Source: a virus
Lineage: Duplodnaviria > Caudoviricetes
Length of the DNA stretch: 52,815 nucleotides
Reading direction: 5' to 3' (one strand)
IMG/VR virus record: IMGVR_UViG_3300042868_004895
Span: 1-52,815 of that record
Shown in pieces: positions 9,144 through 16,473 of this stretch (positions are counted from its first letter, which is position 1; each line of letters opens with the position of its first letter). The notes beneath the pieces are model-generated. The model was not told the origin of the DNA and made no database searches. It worked only from the letters and a program-made list of their open reading frames with translations. The translations under genes were made by a program, and so were the position numbers.

Positions 9144-9592
9144 CAGACAAATACGGCAAAATCCACACCGATGGGAGCCGCTCAGGTGGTCAGCCATTGG
9201 ACGATAGCATTGAAGCAAAAGCACAGGCGCTGGTGGATCGGCTACGCTATGACTGCCATCTTGCGACGCAACTGGGGGACGATGCTCGTATTGTATTACC
9301 GGCCATCGATGCCCGCACGATCATCTCGCGCATCGAAGCTCAAGCGGCGGAGATTGAGCGGCTGCGGGCCGAAGCAGAGGCGCATTACGACCGTGGCTAT
9401 TACGATGGCAGCACACACCCGATTGTGCGGCACGATGCGCTGCGGGAGGCTCTGGCCGACCTGCTCCATGCCGTTTGCGGGGAGAAAGGTTTTGCCGAAG
9501 CTGTGCGGCGGGATAGCGGACGGGTATATCCGTGGCCTGCCCTTGAACTGGCCGAAGCAAAAGCCCTCGCGGCATTGGGACAAAGCAAATGA
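9140..9592 (+). CDS. Hypothetical protein
   Basis: MTDKYGKIH..; ATGA overlap. Confidence 0.7.
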   Translation: MTDKYGKIHTDGSRSGGQPLDDSIEAKAQALVDRLRYDCHLATQLGDDARIVLPAIDARTIISRIEAQAAEIERLRAEAEAHYDRGYYDGSTHPIVRHDALREALADLLHAVCGEKGFAEAVRRDSGRVYPWPALELAEAKALAALGQSK

Positions 9593-9885
9593 CCGACAAC
9601 GGCAAGGCACTGGTTCAAACGCTTGTCGAAATCTACGGGCGCATTGGCGACTTCCATATAACGCCATGTGACGGCGCGATCCCTATATCCGAAGCCGATA
9701 GGCTCGCGGAGAAGGCCGTAGAGGACTACACCAACGCCATCCTCGGAAAGGCGCAGGCAGAGATTGAAAAGCTGAAACGCGACCACGCGGCAGCGGTAAA
9801 GGAAGCCAACATCGCCAAGGCGCGACTTAAAGGGGTTGAGAAACAATGGCACGCAGATCGCGCAGCACTAAAGGGAAGCAAATGA
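9589..9885 (+). CDS. Hypothetical protein
   Basis: 98 aa, ATGA overlap. Confidence 0.7.
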   Translation: MTDNGKALVQTLVEIYGRIGDFHITPCDGAIPISEADRLAEKAVEDYTNAILGKAQAEIEKLKRDHAAAVKEANIAKARLKGVEKQWHADRAALKGSK

Positions 9886-10010
9886 CCGACAACACACCGC
9901 TATTCGCTATAATCATCGGGCTGGCGGCACTCACCGCCTACCTGATCGCGACCGCGCCTAAGATAACCGAGCAAGAGCGCAAAGAGATGGAAGAGGATTG
10001 GTGGGGATGA
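9882..10010 (+). CDS. 42-aa membrane peptide
   Basis: MTDNTPLFAIIIGLAALTAYLIATAP..; ATGA overlaps at both ends. Confidence 0.6.
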   Translation: MTDNTPLFAIIIGLAALTAYLIATAPKITEQERKEMEEDWWG

Positions 10011-10294
10011 CAAACACATTCAGAGTTAGCGACGCGGACATCAAGCGAGCCTGCTCGTACATAACGGAAGACAAGGCCATCGCCGACTACTTCCACGTCG
10101 ACATAACACGCGTGAAAGAGCTGCGTAAGAAGACGTCACAGAGGGAGGCACTGAAGGCCGAGCGTGCGCAGAGCCGCGCGCCCATGCACGCCACCGCCGA
10201 AGAGCAGCGCATGCGCGCAAACGCAAAGCAGGGATCTGATGATTTGCTGCGCGCACTGATGAAATTCTTTGAAAACCGAAAGGCAGCACTATGA
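10007..10294 (+). CDS. Hypothetical protein, possible HTH
   Basis: DKAIADYFHVDITRVKELR. Confidence 0.7.
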   Translation: MTNTFRVSDADIKRACSYITEDKAIADYFHVDITRVKELRKKTSQREALKAERAQSRAPMHATAEEQRMRANAKQGSDDLLRALMKFFENRKAAL

Positions 10295-10518
10295 GCAAGA
10301 AGATAACAGCCGCAGTCGAGGCCGAGAAGGCCGCCGTCATTGAGCTGCTGACAACGATGCAGAGCGGCATAGACGTCGCCGCACGCACCGCTGGGCCTGC
10401 GGACATCGGCACGCTGCGCTTCGCCAGTGGCTTTATAGGCGGCATCATCGAGAGCATCCAAGACAATCTGCACCGTGGAGAGGCCCCGCAGCCGAAGTCA
10501 TCAATTATTTTGCCGTGA
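10291..10518 (+). CDS. Hypothetical protein
   Basis: 75 aa, ATGA overlap. Confidence 0.7.
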   Translation: MSKKITAAVEAEKAAVIELLTTMQSGIDVAARTAGPADIGTLRFASGFIGGIIESIQDNLHRGEAPQPKSSIILP

Positions 10519-10535
10519 GCAACTGCAAAAGGCTA

Positions 10536-10564
10536 TTGCGCAAACGGATGTTACAACATAAGAC
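10536..10564 (+). promoter_or_regulatory. Putative promoter lacking the ATCAGCAAC leader
   Basis: TTGCGC-17nt-TAAGAC upstream of the cro/primase genes. Confidence 0.45.
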
Positions 10565-10585
10565 GGCGCAAGAAGGAGAAACGAA

Positions 10586-10786
10586 ATGAAAGTATGGCCT
10601 TGGTCCGAGATCTCCGATCTCAAGGATGAAATCACCCAACTGAAGTGCGCATTAGACAAGTCTTACGCGACTGCGCGCAGCGCAGAGACGCGCCTAGCGG
10701 CCAGCAAGTCGCTCATCAAGCGTGCGCACTTCCGCAACCCAAAGACCGGCCGCATCGGCCGTAAAGGACAAATTTTTGATGTTTGA
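10586..10786 (+). CDS. Hypothetical protein
   Basis: 66 aa, AAGGAG RBS, RNPKTGR motif. Confidence 0.7.
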   Translation: MKVWPWSEISDLKDEITQLKCALDKSYATARSAETRLAASKSLIKRAHFRNPKTGRIGRKGQIFDV

Positions 10787-10994
10787 AGAAACCCTCGACA
10801 GGGCCATTGAAGCGGGCGGAGGCGTGATTGCCTTCGCCAAGGCGATGGGCGTAACGCATCAGGCCGTGTACCACTGGAAGAAGCGCGGATACGTGCCCTT
10901 CGATAAGGCCGCCAAGGTGCAGAACCTGTTTGGAGAGCCAATGCTGAACCTCGTCCGCGAGGATGTAGCCACTGCCCTGACATTGAACGCGTAG
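10779..10994 (+). CDS. Cro/YdaS-like HTH regulator
   Basis: LDRAIEAGGGVIAFAKAMGVTHQAVYHWKKRGYVP; AAGGA RBS. Confidence 0.85.
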   Translation: MFEETLDRAIEAGGGVIAFAKAMGVTHQAVYHWKKRGYVPFDKAAKVQNLFGEPMLNLVREDVATALTLNA

Positions 10995-10996
10995 AC

Positions 10997-13006
10997 GTGC
11001 AGAACGTGCAACCCATCACACCATCAGTACGCGCCGTGCAAGTGCCGCAGCCTTTGCACGAAGTGCAGGGCTGGCTGCTCTGGCGCTTCGAGCCCTTCAT
11101 CGGCGAGGCGAAACCGCGCAAGGTTCCGTACTGGGTGGACGGCACCCGCCGCCACGGCGAGCAGGGTGGTCCCGTTGACCGCGCACGCCTGTCGACCTTC
11201 GTCGCGGCGCGTGAGGCTGCCGCACGCATGGGCTATGACGGCGTCGGCTTTGCCCCGCTGCCTGACTTCGGCTACACGTTCCTTGACTTTGACAACTGCG
11301 TCGACGTCGCAGGCAACATGCCCGCCGAGATTGGCAGCATCGTCAGCCGCACGTACGCCGAGTACAGCCCGAGCGGCAAGGGCATCCGCGCCGCGCTGAA
11401 GGGCGATTTGGGCAATCACAAGTCGCAGACGACGATGGACGACTATGGCTTTGAGACGTTCAGCTCGTCCGGCTTTGTCACGTTTACCGGCAACATCCTG
11501 CCCATCTGCGACGTGCTCGGCCATCAGGACAAGATTGCCGACGTGGACGACCAGACGCGCGCCCTGTGCGAGCGGCGCTTCGGCGCACGTACGCAGGTTG
11601 CGTTCAACCCCGACGACTTCATGGCGGGCCGCGAGCCACGCCTCGGCTTAACCATAGCTAAGATGCAAGACCTACTGGCCGCACTCGACCCGAGCATGGG
11701 CCGCGAGCCGTGGCTGCGCGTAGGCTTCGCCCTGCACCACGAGACTGAGGGCGACGACACCGGCTTCGAGCTGTGGGACGAGTGGTCGAGCGATGGCGAC
11801 ACGTACCCCGGCACGGAGGGCCTGCGCCACCAGTGGGACAGCTTCAAGGGCGGCACAGGCAAGCACCTGACCACCATGCGCTCCGTCATCAAGATGGCCA
11901 AGGAGGCGGGCTACCGCGAGCCGGACAACCGCGAGGCCGTGATTGCCAAGGCCGAGGTGCTGATGGCCGAGCTGCCCAGCAAGAGCGTCGGACGCTTCGG
12001 CCCAGTGCCGATCTACGACCTGTCGCTCGCGCCGCCGATGCAGTGGCTGATAAAGGGCGTACTGCCGAGGGCCGAGCTGGGCGTGCTGTTCGGCGCGTCG
12101 GGCTCAGGCAAGACGTTCGTGGCGCTGGATCTGGCCTTCTCGGTCGCACGCGGCAACGCGTGGCGCGAGCGGCGCACGGCGCGCGGGCGTGTTGTTATCA
12201 TCGCCGCAGAGGGCGCAGGCGGCATCGGCAAGCGCGGTGAGGCCTACTCTCGCTATCATGAATTCGACCTGCGTGGCATCGACCTGCACGTCATCCCTGC
12301 CGCGCCGAACTTTCTGGACAATGACGACATCTCCGAGGTGATGGCCGAGATAAGCAACATCGGCCCAGTGGACTTGGTCATCATCGACACGTTCGCGCAG
12401 GTGACGCCGGGCGCAAACGAAAACACATCCGAGGACATCGGCCGCGCACTGGCGAACCTGAAGCTCCTGTACGGCGTGACAAATGCAATGAACCTCGTCG
12501 TCGCCCACGCCGGTAAGGATCTCAGCAAGGGCGTGCGTGGCTGGTCGGGCCTGAAGGCCGCAGCCGACGTCCAGATCGAGGTGCTACGCCACGAGAACGG
12601 CGACCGCGAGATTATCATCGAGAAGATGAAGGACGGCGAGGACGGCCTCCGTTGGGGCTTCAAGCTCGAAGTCGTCGAGGTCGGCATCGATTATGACGGC
12701 GACATCGTCACGAGCTGCGTCGCCGTGCCAGTGGAATTGCAGGCCAAGGTCGAGCAAGAGCGCATCGGATTGAAGCGTCGCGGACGTGTAGAAAATCACG
12801 TGTTGGAAGTCATGACGCTGTTCGGCGAGCAAAGCATTGTCGGCGCAGTGGAGCTTATCGACCGCGCCGTGGACGCATTGCAGCCACCAGAGGACGGCAA
12901 GCGCGACACGCGCAGGCAGTCTGTAACCCGCGCAATTCAGGCGCTCAGCAAGGAGAAGGACGGCCCGCTGCGTCTGGAGGGTGGAAAAATTATCTTCTAC
13001 GAGTAA
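10997..13006 (+). CDS. Primase-helicase (AEP prim-pol, PriCT-2, AAA_25/RepA-type helicase, C-terminal wHTH-like domain)
   Basis: LDFD..EYSPSGKG; WLRVGFALH..WDEWS; Walker A GASGSGKT; Walker B IIDT; HAGKD..RGWS. Confidence 0.9.
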   Translation: MQNVQPITPSVRAVQVPQPLHEVQGWLLWRFEPFIGEAKPRKVPYWVDGTRRHGEQGGPVDRARLSTFVAAREAAARMGYDGVGFAPLPDFGYTFLDFDNCVDVAGNMPAEIGSIVSRTYAEYSPSGKGIRAALKGDLGNHKSQTTMDDYGFETFSSSGFVTFTGNILPICDVLGHQDKIADVDDQTRALCERRFGARTQVAFNPDDFMAGREPRLGLTIAKMQDLLAALDPSMGREPWLRVGFALHHETEGDDTGFELWDEWSSDGDTYPGTEGLRHQWDSFKGGTGKHLTTMRSVIKMAKEAGYREPDNREAVIAKAEVLMAELPSKSVGRFGPVPIYDLSLAPPMQWLIKGVLPRAELGVLFGASGSGKTFVALDLAFSVARGNAWRERRTARGRVVIIAAEGAGGIGKRGEAYSRYHEFDLRGIDLHVIPAAPNFLDNDDISEVMAEISNIGPVDLVIIDTFAQVTPGANENTSEDIGRALANLKLLYGVTNAMNLVVAHAGKDLSKGVRGWSGLKAAADVQIEVLRHENGDREIIIEKMKDGEDGLRWGFKLEVVEVGIDYDGDIVTSCVAVPVELQAKVEQERIGLKRRGRVENHVLEVMTLFGEQSIVGAVELIDRAVDALQPPEDGKRDTRRQSVTRAIQALSKEKDGPLRLEGGKIIFYE

Positions 13007-13024
13007 AAAAATGCAAATTAGGTG

Positions 13025-13081
13025 TTGCAATACGTGTTTGCATCGTTCATAGGGGGTCATCAGCAACAAGGAGTACCCAAT
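13025..13081 (+). promoter_or_regulatory. Early promoter and leader L5
   Basis: TTGCAA(13025)-17nt-CATAGG(13048); ATCAGCAACAAGGAGTACCC at 13059. Confidence 0.7.
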
Positions 13082-13390
13082 ATGACCGTATTAGCCACCA
13101 TCAGCAACATCCACCCAGCCGACCGGCTCGGTGACATCAAGGCCGAGATCGCCCGCCTGTCGGAGATTGCGAAGTTCCTCGAAACCGAGATCAAGGATCT
13201 TGGCGTCGGCGCACACGAGGGCGACCTCTTCCGCGCCACCGTCAGCGAAGTGGCCGAGCGTTCGTCGCTCTGCCCCAAGGCTGCCGAAGCCAAGCTCCGC
13301 GAGCTGGGCGTTGACGGTCGCTGGTTCAGCAAGAACCAGAAGACCACCAAGGGCTACACCGTACTCAAAATCGTAGCGAGGAAAGCATGA
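13082..13390 (+). CDS. Phage hypothetical protein
   Basis: MTVLATISNIHPADRLGDIKAEIA..EGDLFRATV. Confidence 0.8.
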   Translation: MTVLATISNIHPADRLGDIKAEIARLSEIAKFLETEIKDLGVGAHEGDLFRATVSEVAERSSLCPKAAEAKLRELGVDGRWFSKNQKTTKGYTVLKIVARKA

Positions 13391-13557
13391 TCTTAGCCGC
13401 AGAATACACGTCGGGTACCAATCGGTACCCGCCAACCCTTTACATCAACCGGATCGCGGACGGACGCCGTTCGAACGTGGCCGCATTCACCGTGTCAGGC
13501 AAGCGCGAGGCGCGCAAGCTTGCGAAGCAACAAGGAGCAGAACCGTGGAACTTTTAG
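13387..13557 (+). CDS. Small hypothetical protein (56 aa)
   Basis: MILAAEYTSG..GAEPWNF; GAGGA RBS; ATGA overlap. Confidence 0.65.
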   Translation: MILAAEYTSGTNRYPPTLYINRIADGRRSNVAAFTVSGKREARKLAKQQGAEPWNF

Positions 13558-13838
13558 ACCGCAACCATTATCGAATGCGCGAGGACAGCAACCTCCTTGA
13601 AGAGGCGAAGTACAACCCCACCTCAGAGCTGGCCATCATATTGGCTGAGCGTTTGGACGACGTGCTTCTCGAGGCCGACACCGACATTGAGGAAGCAAAG
13701 GCGCGCGCCGCCGACTTCGAACGCGACGCGCTCGAACTCGACGACAAGATCTACCTGCTGCAACAGAAAATCGACGAGCTCGAACTGATGCTCAGCCAGC
13801 GCGACGAAACTATTGAAGAACTGAAAAAAGGAAACTGA
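13545..13838 (+). CDS. Acidic coiled-coil protein
   Basis: GTG start after AGCAACAAGGAGCA, a partial leader. Confidence 0.75.
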   Translation: MELLDRNHYRMREDSNLLEEAKYNPTSELAIILAERLDDVLLEADTDIEEAKARAADFERDALELDDKIYLLQQKIDELELMLSQRDETIEELKKGN

Positions 13839-13841
13839 TAG

Positions 13842-14282
13842 ATGATAAAGATCGAAGTAACAGGCAACAGCATCCCCGAAGTCGCCGACAAGCTGCTGGC
13901 CATCGGTGCCAGCTTGCGTGCCAGCACGGCCGTTCTGCCCATCGCCAATGGGGGCACCGGTGCCCAGACACTGGAAGAAGTTATGGAGGTAGCCGAAGCC
14001 GCACCCGTGGACCCTATTCCGGCCCCCAAGAGTGCCCCAGTTGCCGAAGTCTCCGAGAGCCAGCCAACGACGACGGAACCCTCTTCTACCCCTGCCCCTG
14101 CGGCATCGGCCTCTGAGCTGTCGTTCGAAACGGACGTGACGCCAGTCGTGCTGGCCGTGGTGCAGGCGAAGGGCAAGCCAGTCGTCGAGGAGATCCTGTC
14201 GCAGTTCGGCGTTGCCCGTGCATCGCAGCTCGACCCTGCGCGTTGGCCAGAGCTGCTCGCCGCATTGAAAGACCAACTATGA
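13842..14282 (+). CDS. Hypothetical protein (Pro/Ala linker plus small helical C-terminal domain), typical upstream of DUF2800
   Basis: [18 protein letters not shown]; gene position. Confidence 0.75.
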   Translation: MIKIEVTGNSIPEVADKLLAIGASLRASTAVLPIANGGTGAQTLEEVMEVAEAAPVDPIPAPKSAPVAEVSESQPTTTEPSSTPAPAASASELSFETDVTPVVLAVVQAKGKPVVEEILSQFGVARASQLDPARWPELLAALKDQL

Positions 14283-15469
14283 ACCTGCACGCAAAGCTAT
14301 CACCGTCGGGGGCCCATCGTTGGATGGCGTGCCCCGGCAGCGTCACCCTTGAGGCCGACATCCCTGACACAAGCAGTGCCTACGCCCGCGAGGGCACCGC
14401 AGCGCACGAGCTGGCGGCTATGGTGCTTGAAGATCCAGCCAGTCACGCCAGTGACTATGTCGGCAAGAAGATTGCATTCAACGATCACGGCGAAGACGTG
14501 CTGTGGCTAATCACAAAGGACATGGCCGAGTACGTTGACGATTATGTCAAGTTCGTACGCGAACGTGCTGAAGGCAAGATCCTGCACGTTGAGTGTAGGC
14601 TGTCCATTGGGCACATCACCAGCGAAGACGGTGCCACTGGCACCAGCGACGTCGTGATTATTGACCGCGAGCAGGAGGCCATCGAGGTCATCGACCTGAA
14701 GTACGGCATGGGCGTGCGCGTAGACGCGGAGCATAACGCGCAGATGCAGATGTACGCCCTCGGCGCGTTGTACGAGTACGAACTGATTTCGGACTTCTCG
14801 TGGGTGACGATGGTCATCCACCAGCCGCGCCTCAACCACGTCAGCGAATGGAACATCCCTGTCGACCAACTGCTCAGGTTCGGAGACGAGGCTCGCCTCG
14901 CGGCCGACAAGGTGCGCTGGGAAGAGCCGACGTTCAACGCAGGGGAGAAGCAATGCCGCTTCTGCAAGGCGAAGGCGACGTGCCCCACCCTGCGCGCCGA
15001 AATCACCGAGATCGTCGGCGGCGTGGCAACGCTTGATGACTTCATCCCGGAGACGGTCGACAGTCAGACAGGCGACAACTATCTGCCGATGGCCATGTCT
15101 AAGGTCGGTTTGGTCGAGGATTGGTGCAAGGCGGTCCGCGCCGAAGTCGAGCGAAGACTGCTTGCGGGCCAGACCGTTGACGGCTACAAACTGGTTGAGG
15201 GACGCAAGGGCAACCGCGCGTGGTCAGACGAGGACGCCGTTGAGAAGCTCTTCAAGAGCTTCCGTCTGCGTCAAGAGGAGATGTACGACTTCAAGCTGAT
15301 CAGCGCCACCAAGGCCGAGAAGCTTTTGAAAGAAAACCCGAAGCGGTGGGCGAAGGCTGAGCAGTTGATCACCCGCAGCGACGGCAAACCATCAGTGGCA
15401 CCCGCCACCGATAAGCGTCCAGCAATGGACGTAAAACCTGTCTTGGATGATTTCCAAGGCTTAATTTAA
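14279..15469 (+). CDS. DUF2800 Cas4-like/PD-(D/E)xK exonuclease
   Basis: [57 protein letters not shown]. Confidence 0.9.
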   Translation: MNLHAKLSPSGAHRWMACPGSVTLEADIPDTSSAYAREGTAAHELAAMVLEDPASHASDYVGKKIAFNDHGEDVLWLITKDMAEYVDDYVKFVRERAEGKILHVECRLSIGHITSEDGATGTSDVVIIDREQEAIEVIDLKYGMGVRVDAEHNAQMQMYALGALYEYELISDFSWVTMVIHQPRLNHVSEWNIPVDQLLRFGDEARLAADKVRWEEPTFNAGEKQCRFCKAKATCPTLRAEITEIVGGVATLDDFIPETVDSQTGDNYLPMAMSKVGLVEDWCKAVRAEVERRLLAGQTVDGYKLVEGRKGNRAWSDEDAVEKLFKSFRLRQEEMYDFKLISATKAEKLLKENPKRWAKAEQLITRSDGKPSVAPATDKRPAMDVKPVLDDFQGLI

Positions 15470-15497
15470 CTGCGAACTGAAGATTGGAAAATGTAAA

Positions 15498-16082
15498 ATG
15501 GCTACTCAAGTACTGCTCAAGAACGTCACGCTTGCCTTCCCCGCACTGGGCGAACCGCAGGCATTCGGCGAGGGCGAACCGGCATATGGTGCCAAGTTCC
15601 CCATCGAGCCAAACTCCGAAAACGCTAAGCTTATCGAAGACGCCATCAAGGCCGAGGCGAAAGAGGCGTGGAAGGACAAGGCAGACAGCGTGCTGGCTAT
15701 GCTCGTTGAGGACGGCAAGGTTGCCTACTCACGTCGCGAGTATCGCTCGAAGAAGACCGGCGAGCCTTACGCTGGCTTTGAAAAGACGTTCTACCTTGGC
15801 ACCCGTAACGCGTCGGTCCAGCCGTCCGTGTACGACCAGTACGGCGAACCTGTCGTCGGCAAGGCCGAAATCACCCGCAAGGCGTTCAGCGGCGCGGTTG
15901 TGAATGCGTCTGTCGAAGTCTGGGCGCAGGACAACAAGTGGGGCCGTCGCATCAACTGCTCGCTGCGCGGCATCATGCTGACCGGCGAAGGCCAAAGCTT
16001 CGGCGGCGGTTCAAGCCCAGCATCTGCAGACGAGTTCGCGGCCTTCGCTAAGGCCAAGGCTGACGCAGACGACGTCCTGTGA
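15498..16082 (+). CDS. DUF2815 ssDNA-binding protein
   Basis: NVTLAFPAL, WAQDNKWGRRINCSLRGI, FGGG followed by an acidic tail. Confidence 0.88.
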   Translation: MATQVLLKNVTLAFPALGEPQAFGEGEPAYGAKFPIEPNSENAKLIEDAIKAEAKEAWKDKADSVLAMLVEDGKVAYSRREYRSKKTGEPYAGFEKTFYLGTRNASVQPSVYDQYGEPVVGKAEITRKAFSGAVVNASVEVWAQDNKWGRRINCSLRGIMLTGEGQSFGGGSSPASADEFAAFAKAKADADDVL

Positions 16083-16333
16083 GCGTAATCGGCCACAACT
16101 CCAGCGAAGATCAACTGCGCCTCCTAATCGAGCGTGTTGAGCGTCTGGAAGAAGAAAAGAAGGGCGTCTCCGAAGATATTCGGGACGTCTACAGTGAAGC
16201 GAAAGCCTTCGGCTTCGATGCGAAAATCATGCGTCAAATCGTCCGCCTGCGGAAGATGACAAAGGATGACCGGGCGGAGATGGAGGCCATACTGGAGACC
16301 TACAAAAAGGCTCTTGGCATGGATCTGCTCTAA
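16079..16333 (+). CDS. gapR: GapR/DUF2312 nucleoid-associated protein
   Basis: DQLRLLIERVERLEEEKK..DIRDVYSEAKAFGFDAKIMRQIVRLRK..LETYKKALGM. Confidence 0.92.
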   Translation: MSVIGHNSSEDQLRLLIERVERLEEEKKGVSEDIRDVYSEAKAFGFDAKIMRQIVRLRKMTKDDRAEMEAILETYKKALGMDLL

Positions 16334-16345
16334 CTGTATAAGATT

Positions 16346-16473
16346 GGTGCGTTGGTCTCTATCCACCCTTTTAGACCAACGCACCTCTATTCTGGCGAGC
16401 CGCGCGTGGTGCGGGTGCTCCTGCGTTGCTGATACACGATCGCGCGGCTCACCAGAATAGAGGATGTATCAGC
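16346..16473 (+). ncRNA. Structured RNA in the DNA polymerase 5' UTR (two hairpins; loop antisense to early leaders)
   Basis: 13-bp perfect stem 16346-16358/16373-16385; 22-bp stem 16384-16406/16441-16463 with one C-A mismatch; loop contains GGGTGCTCCTGCGTTGCTGATAC. Confidence 0.7.

Noticed and set aside
13100-13108. Extra ATCAGCAAC matches inside genes (also on the minus strand near 1260 and 31160)
   Set aside because: Explained by Ile-Ser-Asn codons; no adjacent RBS or promoter.
14279-15469. Cas4-like nuclease as evidence of CRISPR
   Set aside because: Standard DUF2800 in a replication module; no repeat-spacer array or other cas genes. The leader repeats are dispersed and precede genes.
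15467-16347. TAACTG..AAGATTGG after the DUF2800 and GapR stop codons
   Set aside because: Only two short, unevenly spaced copies; cannot be separated from chance.
16346-16463. tRNA or simple terminator
   Set aside because: No cloverleaf or T-loop consensus; loops are long and no U-tract follows either stem.
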